This document shows, one piece after another, positions 1 through 14,202 of a stretch of 64,000 bases of DNA (position 1 is its first letter; every line of letters begins with the position of its first letter). The position numbers and the translations under genes are program-made. The stretch is from Escherichia coli 042 (lineage in GTDB: Bacteria; Pseudomonadota; Gammaproteobacteria; Enterobacterales; Enterobacteriaceae). Location: NCBI RefSeq assembly GCF_000027125.1, contig NC_017626.1. One strand, given 5' to 3'. A model generated the notes under the pieces. It worked only from the letters and a program-made list of their open reading frames with translations, had not been told where the DNA came from and did no database searches.

Positions 1-1008
<1,008 letters not shown>

Positions 1009-1009
1009 A

Positions 1010-1933
1010 GTGAAAAAATTACGTATCGGCGTAGTGGGATTAGGCGGCATTGCGCAAAAAGCGTGGTTACCGGTGCTGGCGGCAGCGTCTGACTGGATGT
1101 TACAAGGAGCCTGGTCGCCTACGCGCGCGAAAGCCCTGCCAATTTGTGAAAGCTGGCGCATTCCTTATGCCGATTCGTTATCCAGCCTTGCCGCCAGTTG
1201 CGATGCGGTTTTTGTGCATTCCAGCACCGCCAGCCACTTTGACGTGGTCAGTACGTTACTCAATGCGGGGGTACATGTCTGTGTCGATAAACCGCTGGCA
1301 GAAAATCTGCGCGATGCTGAACGGCTGGTGGAACTGGCGGCGCGGAAAAAACTGACGTTGATGGTCGGTTTTAACCGTCGTTTCGCACCACTCTACGGTG
1401 AGCTAAAAAAGCAACTCGCCACCGCAGCCTCGCTAAGAATGGATAAACATCGTAGCAATAGCGTCGGGCCACACGATCTTTATTTCACGTTGCTGGATGA
1501 TTATCTGCATGTGGTGGATACCGCGCTGTGGTTGTCGGGCGGCAAAGCCTCTCTGGATGGCGGTACGCTACTGACTAATGACGCTGGCGAAATGCTGTTT
1601 GCCGAGCACCATTTTTCGGCCGGTCCTTTGCAGATCACCACCTGTATGCATCGCCGTGCCGGAAGTCAGCGTGAAACCGTGCAGGCCGTGACTGACGGTG
1701 CGCTCATCGACATTACGGATATGCGCGAATGGCGTGAGGAGCGTGGGCAGGGTGTAGTGAATAAACCGATTCCTGGTTGGCAGAGTACGCTTGAGCAACG
1801 TGGATTTGTCGGCTGTGCGCGGCACTTCATTGAATGCGTGCAAAATCAGACAGTTCCGCAAACCGCCGGCGAACAGGCAGTGCTGGCGCAACGTATCGTT
1901 GACAAGATCTGGCGCGATGCGATGAGTGAATAA
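1010..1933 (+). CDS. yceM: Putative NAD(P)-dependent oxidoreductase YceM (MviM)
   Basis: ORF in track starts 977; GTG at 1010 gives the 307-aa form beginning VKKLRIGVVGLGGIAQ (Rossmann GxGxxA motif) directly after the yceH stop. Confidence 0.8.
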   Translation: MKKLRIGVVGLGGIAQKAWLPVLAAASDWMLQGAWSPTRAKALPICESWRIPYADSLSSLAASCDAVFVHSSTASHFDVVSTLLNAGVHVCVDKPLAENLRDAERLVELAARKKLTLMVGFNRRFAPLYGELKKQLATAASLRMDKHRSNSVGPHDLYFTLLDDYLHVVDTALWLSGGKASLDGGTLLTNDAGEMLFAEHHFSAGPLQITTCMHRRAGSQRETVQAVTDGALIDITDMREWREERGQGVVNKPIPGWQSTLEQRGFVGCARHFIECVQNQTVPQTAGEQAVLAQRIVDKIWRDAMSE

Positions 1934-1955
1934 ACCCTGTAACATCTGGCGGTAG

Positions 1956-3578
<1,623 letters not shown>

Positions 3579-3617
3579 CAATGTATTCCGGCCTGCAGTG
3601 CAGGCCGGAGATAATCT

Positions 3618-4034
3618 TCAGATCGAAATCTTTTTACTGCCGCGATGGGTTGTTGAGGTCTGACCGTTCGCTCCATATAGCGTCGGTTCCTGATGCGGTT
3701 TCAACATTTCCAGCGCCTGTTGATTGCGCTCAATCTGTCCTTCCAGTAACCAGCCGTTATGTTGATTCATTTGGCGTAGTTGCTGCGTTTTCACAGTAAT
3801 TTCCTGCCAGCGTTGACTAATATCAACGCTATTTGCTGCATTGGGTTCTTTCCTGCGTAACTGTTCGAGGTAATCCAGCGTCGCCAGCAGAGAGCTTTTT
3901 TGTTCTGTAATCCATTGCAACTGGCTGCCGTTGATCTGCCCCATAGAGAGATGTTGCTGCTCTTGATCCATTACCGTTTTGAGATCGTTAAGCACAGCGG
4001 ACATCTGGTCGAGGATCTCTGCAAGACGCGTCAT
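3618..4034 (-). CDS. flgN: Flagellar export chaperone FlgN
   Basis: 138-aa ORF, recognised FlgN sequence, downstream of flgM on the same strand. Confidence 0.9.
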   Translation of the reverse strand: MTRLAEILDQMSAVLNDLKTVMDQEQQHLSMGQINGSQLQWITEQKSSLLATLDYLEQLRRKEPNAANSVDISQRWQEITVKTQQLRQMNQHNGWLLEGQIERNQQALEMLKPHQEPTLYGANGQTSTTHRGSKKISI

Positions 4035-4038
4035 ACGA

Positions 4039-4332
4039 TCAGTTACTCTGCAAGTCTTGCTGCGCTTCGTTGATCAGCGCATCGGCAATTTTGCCGGTGT
4101 CCATTTTTAGTTCACCGTTACGAATCGCCAGTTTTAACGCTTCGACACGTTCAAGATTGATATCACTGCTGCCGGGTTGCATCAGTTTTGCTTGCGCGTC
4201 GCTTAACGTCACACTGGTGCTGGTGGAGGCGGTTGTTTTTGCCGCCCGGGTGTTCGTTACCGGCGCGTCAGTGTTTTCGCGCGGTTGAACGGTGCTTACG
4301 GGCTTCAGAGGCGAAGTGCGATCAATACTCAT
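4039..4332 (-). CDS. flgM: Anti-sigma-28 factor FlgM
   Basis: 97-aa ORF, recognised FlgM; sigma-28 type promoter immediately upstream. Confidence 0.9.
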   Translation of the reverse strand: MSIDRTSPLKPVSTVQPRENTDAPVTNTRAAKTTASTSTSVTLSDAQAKLMQPGSSDINLERVEALKLAIRNGELKMDTGKIADALINEAQQDLQSN

Positions 4333-4375
4333 GGTTTATTCCTCATTGAGGGCGCTTTTATCATGTGTTGCTTAT

Positions 4376-4402
4376 TTATCGGCAAGGGACGGGTAATCTT
4401 TA
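4376..4402 (-). promoter_or_regulatory. Sigma-28 (FliA) class 3 promoter for flgMN
   Basis: Minus strand reads TAAAGATT-N11-GCCGATAA, matching the FliA consensus TAAAGTTT-N11-GCCGATAA, about 45 nt upstream of the flgM ATG. Confidence 0.55.
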
Positions 4403-4407
4403 ACAGC

Positions 4408-5067
4408 TTACAGGTTTATAAGAATATTCCCATCTGCATCAACAACGCCGCTGACCACCTGTCCCGATACCATGCGCACCCGCGCATTCTGTGCGACGGC
4501 TGCATTGTTCAGCGCCTGACCTTCTGCGTTGGCGCTAAACCCATCACCACTGGCGATCACGTTGACGCGTTGTCCCGCTTTTACCCGCCATGCCTGGCGA
4601 AACTGGGTTAACTGGATAGGTTGATCGGGTGATAGATCGCGCAGGCTAACGGCATCAACAAGTTGATTGATATCCAGCACCGTACGCGGTGGCAAGGTGT
4701 CCAGCCGTCCGCGTTTCAGTTTGACATTGCCAGCTTCCAGCTTTCCTCCCCGCACAATGGGCATTGCGGCAACCACATAATTTCCTGTGGCCTGCACATT
4801 AACCTGTAAATATCGTTTGTCGTTACCGCAGCGTGCCAACACATTCACATTGCCCCACAGGCGGGAATTATTGCTCATCGAAAGCAATGGCTGCTCGCAC
4901 GGCGGTAGTAGATTGGGCGCTGTACGAATAGAAACACGAACCTCATCACTTACCCCCGCGAGCTGGGCGCTAAAAAAGGTGTGCAATTGCGATGTGAGAT
5001 TGCTCGCCGCACTTAACGGACTGAACAGTATCGCGATGATCGCCACGCTACGTTTTATTGCCAGCAT
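4408..5067 (-). CDS. flgA: Flagellar basal-body P-ring formation protein FlgA
   Basis: ORF in track extends to 5130; ATG at 5067 gives 219 aa starting MLAIKRSVAIIAILFSPLSAAS (signal peptide). Confidence 0.85.
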   Translation of the reverse strand: MLAIKRSVAIIAILFSPLSAASNLTSQLHTFFSAQLAGVSDEVRVSIRTAPNLLPPCEQPLLSMSNNSRLWGNVNVLARCGNDKRYLQVNVQATGNYVVAAMPIVRGGKLEAGNVKLKRGRLDTLPPRTVLDINQLVDAVSLRDLSPDQPIQLTQFRQAWRVKAGQRVNVIASGDGFSANAEGQALNNAAVAQNARVRMVSGQVVSGVVDADGNILINL

Positions 5068-5222
5068 TTTCGCCCCCCAGCCATATCTACAACGTGAATT
5101 GTACCTGTCCGCAATGACCATCAACGGCATAAATAGCGACCCATTTTGCGTTTATTCCGCCGATAACGCGCGCGTAAAGGCATTTAAGCTGATGGCAGAA
5201 TTTTGATACCTGCGGAGGAGAT
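5068..5222. promoter_or_regulatory. Divergent flgA / flgBCDEFGHIJ class 2 flagellar promoter region
   Basis: 155-bp divergent intergenic region between flgA and flgB; in E. coli this holds the FlhDC-dependent class 2 promoters (established knowledge, motifs not individually resolved here). Confidence 0.4.
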
Positions 5223-5639
5223 ATGCTCGATAAGCTCGACGCCGCCTTACGTTTTCAACAAGAGGCGCTCAATCTGCGCGCCCAGCGTCAGGAAGTGCTG
5301 GCAGCAAACATCGCCAATGCCGATACCCCTGGTTATCAGGCGCGCGATATCGATTTTGCCAGTGAACTTAAAAAAGTCATGCAACGTGGACGGGATGCAA
5401 CAAGCGTGGTTGCACTGACGATGACCTCAACGCAACACATTCCGGCGCAGGCGCTGACACCTCCTACCGCAGAACTGCAATACCGTATTCCGGACCAGCC
5501 TTCGCTTGACGGTAATACCGTCGATATGGATCGCGAACGCACCCAGTTTGCCGATAACAGCCTGCAATACCAGATGAGCCTTAGCGCGTTGAGCGGGCAA
5601 ATCAAAGGCATGATGAACGTTTTACAGAGCGGAAATTAA
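5223..5639 (+). CDS. flgB: Flagellar basal-body rod protein FlgB
   Basis: 138-aa ORF, recognised FlgB; first gene of the flgB-L cluster. Confidence 0.92.
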
Positions 5640-5642
5640 CGG

Positions 5643-6047
5643 ATGGCACTGCTGAATATTTTTGATATCGCCGGGTCGGCGTTAACTGCTCAGTCCCAGC
5701 GCCTGAACGTGGCGGCCAGTAATCTGGCGAATGCTGATAGCGTGACCGGTCCCGATGGACAGCCATATCGGGCAAAACAGGTGGTATTTCAGGTTAACGC
5801 TGCGCCAGGTGCTGCGACAGGCGGCGTAAAAGTTGCCGATGTTATAGAAAGTCAGGCCCCGGACAAACTGGTTTATGAACCGGGTAATCCGCTGGCGGAT
5901 GCAAAGGGCTACGTGAAAATGCCAAACGTTGATGTCGTCGGGGAGATGGTTAACACCATGTCGGCGTCACGCAGCTATCAGGCCAATGTTGAAGTGCTCA
6001 ACACGGTGAAAAGCATGATGCTGAAAACCCTTACGCTCGGTCAATAA
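5643..6047 (+). CDS. flgC: Flagellar basal-body rod protein FlgC
   Basis: 134-aa ORF, recognised FlgC. Confidence 0.92.
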
Positions 6048-6058
6048 AGGAGAAAGCT

Positions 6059-6754
6059 ATGTCCATTGCGGTAACCACCACCGATCCGACAAATACCGGC
6101 GTCAGCACCACCAGTAGTAGTTCGCTCACGGGCAGCAACGCCGCAGATTTACAAAGCAGTTTTCTGACTTTGTTGGTGGCGCAGCTGAAAAACCAGGACC
6201 CGACCAATCCAATGGAAAACAACGAGCTGACGTCGCAACTGGCACAAATCAGCACGGTCAGCGGGATTGAAAAACTCAATACCACGCTCGGATCTATTTC
6301 CGGACAGATTGATAACAGCCAGTCGTTACAGGCCAGTAACCTGATCGGTCACGGCGTGATGATCCCCGGCACCACTGTTCTTGCGGGAACAGGCAGTGAA
6401 GAAGGGGCTGTGACCACGACCACGCCGTTTGGTGTTGAGCTGCAACAGGCGGCAGACAAAGTGACGGCCACCATCACCGATAAAAACGGTGCGGTTGTCC
6501 GTACCATTGATATCGGTGAACTGACTGCCGGAGTCCACAGTTTCACCTGGGACGGTACGTTGACTGACGGCAGCACTGCGCCGAACGGTTCTTACAATGT
6601 AGCGATTAGCGCCAGTAACGGTGGTACACAACTGGTTGCCCAGCCGCTGCAGTTTGCTCTGGTGCAGGGTGTGATCCGCGGCAACAACGGTAATACGCTG
6701 GATCTCGGCACTTACGGCACCACCACCCTCGACGAAGTACGGCAGATAATTTAA
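6059..6754 (+). CDS. flgD: Flagellar hook capping/assembly protein FlgD
   Basis: 231-aa ORF with Thr/Ser-rich N-terminus, recognised FlgD. Confidence 0.9.
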   Translation: MSIAVTTTDPTNTGVSTTSSSSLTGSNAADLQSSFLTLLVAQLKNQDPTNPMENNELTSQLAQISTVSGIEKLNTTLGSISGQIDNSQSLQASNLIGHGVMIPGTTVLAGTGSEEGAVTTTTPFGVELQQAADKVTATITDKNGAVVRTIDIGELTAGVHSFTWDGTLTDGSTAPNGSYNVAISASNGGTQLVAQPLQFALVQGVIRGNNGNTLDLGTYGTTTLDEVRQII

Positions 6755-6778
6755 GCCTTCACATTTCAGGAGTCAGTC

Positions 6779-7987
6779 ATGGCCTTTTCTCAAGCGGTTA
6801 GCGGATTAAACGCTGCCGCCACCAACCTCGATGTTATTGGCAACAATATCGCCAACTCCGCCACCTACGGCTTTAAATCAGGCACGGCCTCTTTTGCCGA
6901 TATGTTTGCCGGTTCGAAAGTGGGACTGGGGGTAAAAGTTGCCGGTATCACTCAGGACTTTACCGATGGCACGACCACCAACACCGGGCGAGGTCTGGAC
7001 GTTGCTATCAGCCAGAACGGTTTTTTCCGTCTGGTGGACAGCAACGGTTCGGTGTTCTACAGCCGTAACGGACAATTTAAGCTGGATGAAAACCGTAACC
7101 TGGTGAATATGCAAGGTTTACAGCTGACGGGTTACCCGGCAACCGGTACGCCGCCGACTATTCAGCAAGGGGCGAATCCGACCAATATTTCGATCCCGAA
7201 TACCCTGATGGCAGCGAAAGCTACCACCACGGCGTCGATGCAGATCAACCTGAATTCCAGTGATCCGCTTCCTACTGTTACGCCATTCAGCGCCAGCAAT
7301 GCGGATAGCTATAACAAAAAAGGTTCGGTGACTGTTTTCGACAGTCAGGGTAATGCTCATGACATGAGCGTGTACTTTGTGAAGACCGGGGATAATAACT
7401 GGCAGGTCTACACCCAGGATAGCAGTGATCCAAACAGCATTGCGAAGACAGCGACAACACTGGAATTTAATGCTAATGGCACATTAGTGGATGGTGCGAT
7501 GGCGAATAATATCGCAACCGGCGCAATTAACGGCGCAGACCCCGCCACGTTTAGCCTGAGCTTCCTCAACTCCATGCAGCAAAATACCGGCGCTAACAAC
7601 ATTGTGGCAACCACCCAGAACGGCTATAAACCGGGCGATCTGGTGAGTTATCAAATCAATGATGACGGTACGGTTGTCGGCAACTATTCCAACGAACAAA
7701 CCCAACTGCTGGGGCAGATTGTACTGGCGAACTTTGCCAACAACGAAGGTCTGGCATCCGAAGGCGACAACGTCTGGTCCGCTACGCAATCTTCTGGCGT
7801 GGCGCTGTTAGGGACAGCCGGGACGGGCAACTTTGGCACCCTGACCAACGGTGCGCTGGAAGCGTCCAACGTCGATCTCAGTAAAGAACTGGTCAATATG
7901 ATCGTTGCCCAGCGTAACTATCAGTCTAACGCCCAGACCATCAAAACCCAGGACCAGATCCTCAACACGCTGGTTAACTTACGCTAA
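6779..7987 (+). CDS. flgE: Flagellar hook protein FlgE
   Basis: 402-aa ORF, recognised FlgE with the conserved rod/hook C-terminal motif. Confidence 0.92.
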   Translation: MAFSQAVSGLNAAATNLDVIGNNIANSATYGFKSGTASFADMFAGSKVGLGVKVAGITQDFTDGTTTNTGRGLDVAISQNGFFRLVDSNGSVFYSRNGQFKLDENRNLVNMQGLQLTGYPATGTPPTIQQGANPTNISIPNTLMAAKATTTASMQINLNSSDPLPTVTPFSASNADSYNKKGSVTVFDSQGNAHDMSVYFVKTGDNNWQVYTQDSSDPNSIAKTATTLEFNANGTLVDGAMANNIATGAINGADPATFSLSFLNSMQQNTGANNIVATTQNGYKPGDLVSYQINDDGTVVGNYSNEQTQLLGQIVLANFANNEGLASEGDNVWSATQSSGVALLGTAGTGNFGTLTNGALEASNVDLSKELVNMIVAQRNYQSNAQTIKTQDQILNTLVNLR

Positions 7988-8006
7988 TCGCTGACGGGAT
8001 AGCTCA

Positions 8007-8762
8007 ATGGATCACGCAATTTATACCGCGATGGGAGCAGCCAGCCAGACGCTGAATCAACAGGCGGTAACTGCCAGTAATCTGGCCAATGCCTCAACGC
8101 CCGGTTTTCGCGCGCAGTTAAACGCCTTGCGCGCAGTGCCGGTGGAAGGGCTTTCACTGCCTACGCGCACGCTGGTAACGGCGTCAACGCCGGGTGCAGA
8201 CATGACGCCCGGCAAGATGGATTACACCTCGCGCCCGCTGGACGTTGCGTTGCAGCAGGATGGCTGGCTGGCCGTGCAGACCGCTGACGGTAGCGAAGGG
8301 TATACGCGTAATGGCAGCATTCAGGTTGATCCCACCGGGCAACTGATAATTCAGGGGCATCCGGTGATAGGCGAGGCGGGGCCAATTGCTGTGCCGGAAG
8401 GGGCGGAAATCACTATTGCTGCCGATGGCACAATCTCGGCGCTGAATCCGGGCGATCCGGCAAATACGGTTGCGCCAGTGGGGCGTCTGAAACTGGTGAA
8501 AGCCACGGGCAGCGAAGTGCAGCGCGGTGACGACGGCATTTTTCGTTTAAGCGCGGAAAGCCAGGCCACGCGTGGGCCGGTACTGCAGGCAGATCCAACC
8601 TTGCGTGTGATGTCGGGAGTTCTGGAAGGCAGTAACGTCAATGCCGTTGCGGCAATGAGCGACATGATTGCCAGCGCGCGGCGTTTTGAAATGCAGATGA
8701 AGGTGATCAGCAGCGTCGATGATAACGCAGGCCGTGCCAACCAACTGCTGTCGATGAGTTAA
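8007..8762 (+). CDS. flgF: Flagellar basal-body rod protein FlgF
   Basis: 251-aa ORF, recognised FlgF. Confidence 0.9.
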   Translation: MDHAIYTAMGAASQTLNQQAVTASNLANASTPGFRAQLNALRAVPVEGLSLPTRTLVTASTPGADMTPGKMDYTSRPLDVALQQDGWLAVQTADGSEGYTRNGSIQVDPTGQLIIQGHPVIGEAGPIAVPEGAEITIAADGTISALNPGDPANTVAPVGRLKLVKATGSEVQRGDDGIFRLSAESQATRGPVLQADPTLRVMSGVLEGSNVNAVAAMSDMIASARRFEMQMKVISSVDDNAGRANQLLSMS

Positions 8763-8880
8763 TTGAACGATTGATGACATTGCAATAAAAGCGCGCGGAC
8801 TATTCTCTCGCCTATTTTGGGAGAGGTTAGGGTGAGGGGAAATTCGCACCGTCGCGTGCTTCTGCTTTGCTTGTCACTAA

Positions 8881-9681
<801 letters not shown>

Positions 9682-9733
9682 GGCATAACCGGTGGCAGAT
9701 TCACCGGTTTACTGATTTTTGAAGATAATAGCC

Positions 9734-10432
9734 ATGCAAAAAAACGCTGCGCATACTTATGCCATTTCCAGCTTGTTGGTGCTTTCACTAACCGGCTGCG
9801 CCTGGATACCCTCCACGCCGCTGGTACAGGGGGCGACTAGTGCACAACCGGTTCCCGGTCCGACGCCCGTCGCCAACGGTTCTATTTTCCAGTCTGCTCA
9901 GCCGATTAACTATGGCTATCAACCGCTGTTTGAAGATCGTCGACCACGCAATATTGGCGATACGCTGACCATCGTGTTGCAGGAGAACGTCAGCGCCAGC
10001 AAAAGCTCCTCTGCGAATGCCAGCCGTGACGGTAAAACTAATTTTGGCTTTGATACTGTGCCGCGCTATTTGCAGGGGCTGTTTGGTAACGCTCGTGCCG
10101 ATGTCGAAGCCTCCGGTGGTAACACGTTCAACGGAAAAGGCGGGGCCAATGCCAGCAATACCTTTAGCGGCACGTTGACGGTGACGGTTGACCAGGTACT
10201 GGCCAACGGCAACCTGCATGTGGTGGGTGAAAAACAGATCGCCATTAATCAGGGTACCGAATTTATTCGCTTCTCTGGCGTGGTTAATCCTCGCACCATC
10301 AGCGGCAGCAATACCGTACCGTCTACTCAGGTGGCGGATGCACGTATTGAATACGTAGGCAATGGCTACATTAACGAAGCGCAAAATATGGGCTGGTTGC
10401 AGCGTTTCTTCCTTAACCTGTCGCCAATGTAA
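9734..10432 (+). CDS. flgH: Flagellar L-ring lipoprotein FlgH
   Basis: ATG at 9734 gives 232 aa [22 protein letters not shown] (lipobox); the track ORF starts earlier at a TTG at 9719. Confidence 0.88.
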   Translation: MQKNAAHTYAISSLLVLSLTGCAWIPSTPLVQGATSAQPVPGPTPVANGSIFQSAQPINYGYQPLFEDRRPRNIGDTLTIVLQENVSASKSSSANASRDGKTNFGFDTVPRYLQGLFGNARADVEASGGNTFNGKGGANASNTFSGTLTVTVDQVLANGNLHVVGEKQIAINQGTEFIRFSGVVNPRTISGSNTVPSTQVADARIEYVGNGYINEAQNMGWLQRFFLNLSPM

Positions 10433-10443
10433 GTGAGGCTGTG

Positions 10444-11541
10444 GTGATTAAATTTCTCTCTGCATTAATTCTTCTACTGGTTACCACGGTGGCTCAGGCT
10501 GAGCGTATTCGCGATCTCACCAGTGTTCAGGGGGTAAGGCAAAACTCACTGATTGGCTATGGCCTGGTGGTGGGGCTTGATGGTACAGGTGACCAGACAA
10601 CTCAGACGCCGTTTACCACACAAACGCTTAATAACATGCTCTCACAGCTGGGAATTACCGTTCCGACGGGCACTAATATGCAGCTAAAAAACGTCGCTGC
10701 GGTTATGGTGACAGCGTCACTTCCACCGTTTGGACGTCAGGGGCAAACCATCGATGTGGTCGTTTCTTCCATGGGTAATGCCAAAAGCTTGCGTGGAGGT
10801 ACGTTGTTGATGACACCGCTTAAGGGCGTTGACAGTCAGGTGTATGCGTTGGCGCAGGGCAATATTCTGGTTGGCGGCGCAGGAGCCTCCGCTGGCGGTA
10901 GCAGTGTTCAGGTGAACCAACTGAACGGTGGACGGATCACCAATGGTGCGGTTATTGAACGTGAATTGCCCAGCCAGTTTGGCGTCGGGAATACCCTTAA
11001 TTTGCAACTTAACGACGAAGATTTCAGCATGGCGCAGCAAATCGCTGACACCATCAACCGAGTGCGTGGATATGGCAGCGCCACCGCGTTGGATGCGCGG
11101 ACTATTCAGGTGCGCGTACCAAGTGGCAACAGTTCCCAGGTCCGTTTCCTTGCAGATATCCAGAATATGCAGGTTAATGTCACCCCGCAGGACGCTAAAG
11201 TAGTGATTAACTCGCGCACCGGTTCGGTGGTGATGAATCGTGAAGTGACCCTCGACAGCTGCGCGGTAGCGCAGGGGAATCTCTCAGTTACAGTTAATCG
11301 TCAGGCCAATGTCAGCCAGCCAGATACACCGTTTGGTGGCGGGCAGACTGTGGTTACTCCACAAACGCAGATCGATTTACGCCAGAGCGGCGGTTCGCTG
11401 CAAAGCGTACGTTCCAGCGCCAGCCTCAATAACGTGGTGCGTGCGCTCAATGCGCTGGGCGCTACGCCGATGGATCTGATGTCCATACTGCAATCAATGC
11501 AAAGTGCGGGATGTCTGCGGGCAAAACTGGAAATCATCTGA
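10444..11541 (+). CDS. flgI: Flagellar P-ring protein FlgI
   Basis: GTG at 10444 gives 365 aa beginning (M)[18 protein letters not shown] (signal peptide); stop overlaps the flgJ ATG by 1 nt. Confidence 0.88.
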   Translation: MIKFLSALILLLVTTVAQAERIRDLTSVQGVRQNSLIGYGLVVGLDGTGDQTTQTPFTTQTLNNMLSQLGITVPTGTNMQLKNVAAVMVTASLPPFGRQGQTIDVVVSSMGNAKSLRGGTLLMTPLKGVDSQVYALAQGNILVGGAGASAGGSSVQVNQLNGGRITNGAVIERELPSQFGVGNTLNLQLNDEDFSMAQQIADTINRVRGYGSATALDARTIQVRVPSGNSSQVRFLADIQNMQVNVTPQDAKVVINSRTGSVVMNREVTLDSCAVAQGNLSVTVNRQANVSQPDTPFGGGQTVVTPQTQIDLRQSGGSLQSVRSSASLNNVVRALNALGATPMDLMSILQSMQSAGCLRAKLEII

Positions 11542-12482
11542 TGATCAGCGACAGCAAACTACTGGCAAGTGCGGCCTGGGATGCACAATCGCTCAACGAA
11601 CTTAAGGCGAAAGCGGGCGAAGATCCGGCGGCAAATATCCGTCCGGTGGCCCGCCAGGTGGAAGGGATGTTCGTGCAGATGATGTTGAAAAGCATGCGCG
11701 ACGCTTTACCAAAAGATGGCCTGTTCAGCAGCGAGCACACTCGCCTGTATACCAGTATGTATGACCAGCAGATTGCCCAACAGATGACGGCGGGCAAAGG
11801 TCTGGGGCTTGCAGAGATGATGGTTAAACAGATGACGCCAGAACAACCATTGCCAGAGGAGCCCACGCCAGCAGCACCGATGAAATTCCCGCTCGAAACT
11901 GTGGTGCGTTATCAAAATCAGACGCTTTCGCAGCTGGTGCAAAAGGCCGTACCACGTAACTACGATGATTCGCTGCCGGGTGACAGTAAAGCATTCCTCG
12001 CGCAACTCTCGTTGCCCGCCCAACTGGCAAGCCAGCAAAGCGGTGTGCCACATCATTTGATCCTCGCTCAGGCGGCGCTGGAATCTGGCTGGGGACAACG
12101 GCAAATCCGCCGTGAAAACGGCGAGCCGAGCTATAACCTGTTTGGCGTCAAAGCCTCTGGCAACTGGAAAGGGCCAGTCACTGAAATCACCACGACTGAA
12201 TATGAAAATGGCGAAGCGAAGAAAGTAAAAGCGAAGTTTCGGGTCTACAGCTCGTATCTGGAAGCATTGTCGGATTACGTTGGGCTGTTAACGCGTAACC
12301 CGCGCTACGCCGCCGTGACGACCGCCGCGAGTGCGGAGCAGGGGGCGCAGGCCCTACAGGACGCGGGCTATGCCACCGATCCTCACTATGCCCGCAAACT
12401 CACCAGCATGATTCAGCAGATGAAATCGATAAGCGACAAGGTGAGCAAAACTTACAGCATGAACATTGATAATCTGTTCTGA
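11541..12482 (+). CDS. flgJ: Flagellar rod assembly protein / peptidoglycan hydrolase FlgJ
   Basis: ATG at 11541 gives 313 aa beginning [23 protein letters not shown]-terminal glucosaminidase domain. Confidence 0.88.
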   Translation: MISDSKLLASAAWDAQSLNELKAKAGEDPAANIRPVARQVEGMFVQMMLKSMRDALPKDGLFSSEHTRLYTSMYDQQIAQQMTAGKGLGLAEMMVKQMTPEQPLPEEPTPAAPMKFPLETVVRYQNQTLSQLVQKAVPRNYDDSLPGDSKAFLAQLSLPAQLASQQSGVPHHLILAQAALESGWGQRQIRRENGEPSYNLFGVKASGNWKGPVTEITTTEYENGEAKKVKAKFRVYSSYLEALSDYVGLLTRNPRYAAVTTAASAEQGAQALQDAGYATDPHYARKLTSMIQQMKSISDKVSKTYSMNIDNLF

Positions 12483-12486
12483 ATAA

Positions 12487-12514
12487 CTCAAGTCCGGCGG
12501 GTCGCTGCCGATAA
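12487..12514 (+). promoter_or_regulatory. Sigma-28 (FliA) class 3 promoter for flgKL
   Basis: TCAAGTCC-N11-GCCGATAA; the -10 element is a perfect match to the FliA consensus GCCGATAA, about 35 nt upstream of flgK. Confidence 0.5.
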
Positions 12515-12547
12515 TACTCTGTAATTGAAGGCTTATAAGGAACCTCC

Positions 12548-14191
12548 ATGTCCAGCTTGATCAATAACGCCATGAGCGGACTGAACGCGGCCCAGGCGGC
12601 GTTAAATACGGCAAGTAATAATATCTCCAGCTATAACGTTGCCGGATATACCCGCCAAACCACTATTATGGCGCAGGCCAATAGCACGTTGGGCACTGGC
12701 GGCTGGGTTGGCAATGGCGTCTACGTTTCTGGTGTGCAGCGTGAGTATGATGCGTTTATTACCAACCAGTTACGTGCTGCGCAGACGCAAAGTAGCGGCC
12801 TGACTGCCCGCTATGAGCAGATGTCGAAAATCGACAATATGCTCTCCACCAGTACCTCTTCGCTGGCAACACAGATGCAGGATTTCTTCACCAGCCTGCA
12901 AACGCTGGTGAGTAACGCGGAAGATCCGGCAGCGCGCCAGGCGCTGATTGGGAAATCAGAAGGGTTGGTGAATCAGTTTAAAACCACCGATCAATATCTG
13001 CGCGACCAGGACAAACAGGTCAATATCGCGATAGGTGCCAGCGTTGATCAGATCAACAATTACGCTAAACAAATTGCCAGCCTGAACGATCAAATCTCGC
13101 GCCTGACAGGCGTGGGGGCAGGGGCGTCACCTAACAATCTGCTGGATCAACGCGATCAACTGGTGAGCGAATTAAACCAGATTGTTGGTGTAGAAGTCAG
13201 CGTTCAGGATGGTGGCACTTATAACATCACGATGGCCAATGGTTACTCACTGGTTCAGGGAAGTACGGCTCGGCAACTGGCGGCAGTTCCTTCCAGCGCT
13301 GACCCTTCTCGTACGACTGTCGCTTATGTTGATGGGACGGCAGGCAATATTGAGATCCCGGAGAAATTACTGAATACCGGGTCGCTGGGCGGCATTCTGA
13401 CATTCCGTTCTCAGGATCTTGACCAGACGCGTAATACGCTTGGACAACTGGCGCTGGCATTTGCCGAGGCTTTCAACACCCAACACAAAGCCGGATTTGA
13501 TGCTAACGGCGATGCCGGTGAAGATTTCTTTGCTATCGGTAAGCCCGCGGTACTGCAAAACACGAAAAACAAAGGTGACGTTGCGATCGGTGCCACGGTA
13601 ACTGATGCCTCCGCGGTACTGGCGACAGATTACAAAATCTCGTTCGATAATAATCAGTGGCAGGTCACCCGCCTTGCCAGCAATACCACTTTTACGGTGA
13701 CGCCGGATGCCAACGGTAAAGTGGCATTTGATGGTCTGGAGTTGACGTTTACAGGAACGCCTGCCGTTAACGATAGCTTCACGCTGAAACCGGTAAGTGA
13801 CGCCATCGTCAACATGGATGTATTAATCACCGACGAAGCGAAAATCGCCATGGCGAGCGCAGAAGATGCGGGTGATAGCGACAACCGCAACGGTCAGGCC
13901 CTGCTCGATCTGCAAAGTAACAGTAAAACGGTGGGCGGTGCGAAATCCTTTAACGACGCTTATGCCTCGTTAGTGAGTGATATCGGTAATAAAACCGCGA
14001 CGTTGAAAACCAGTAGCACCACGCAAGGTAATGTGGTGACGCAGCTTTCCAATCAGCAGCAGTCGATTTCCGGTGTCAATCTCGATGAGGAGTACGGAAA
14101 TCTGCAACGTTTTCAGCAGTATTACCTCGCGAATGCGCAGGTTCTGCAGACGGCAAACGCGATTTTTGATGCGCTGATTAACATTCGCTAA
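12548..14191 (+). CDS. flgK: Flagellar hook-associated protein 1 FlgK
   Basis: 547-aa ORF, recognised FlgK. Confidence 0.92.
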   Translation: MSSLINNAMSGLNAAQAALNTASNNISSYNVAGYTRQTTIMAQANSTLGTGGWVGNGVYVSGVQREYDAFITNQLRAAQTQSSGLTARYEQMSKIDNMLSTSTSSLATQMQDFFTSLQTLVSNAEDPAARQALIGKSEGLVNQFKTTDQYLRDQDKQVNIAIGASVDQINNYAKQIASLNDQISRLTGVGAGASPNNLLDQRDQLVSELNQIVGVEVSVQDGGTYNITMANGYSLVQGSTARQLAAVPSSADPSRTTVAYVDGTAGNIEIPEKLLNTGSLGGILTFRSQDLDQTRNTLGQLALAFAEAFNTQHKAGFDANGDAGEDFFAIGKPAVLQNTKNKGDVAIGATVTDASAVLATDYKISFDNNQWQVTRLASNTTFTVTPDANGKVAFDGLELTFTGTPAVNDSFTLKPVSDAIVNMDVLITDEAKIAMASAEDAGDSDNRNGQALLDLQSNSKTVGGAKSFNDAYASLVSDIGNKTATLKTSSTTQGNVVTQLSNQQQSISGVNLDEEYGNLQRFQQYYLANAQVLQTANAIFDALINIR

Positions 14192-14202
14192 GGGGAGATA
14201 AA

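Noticed and set aside
4285-4611. 108-aa plus-strand ORF spanning the flgM-flgA junction
   Set aside because: Overlaps the flgM upstream region and flgA on the opposite strand; no recognisable protein; probably spurious.
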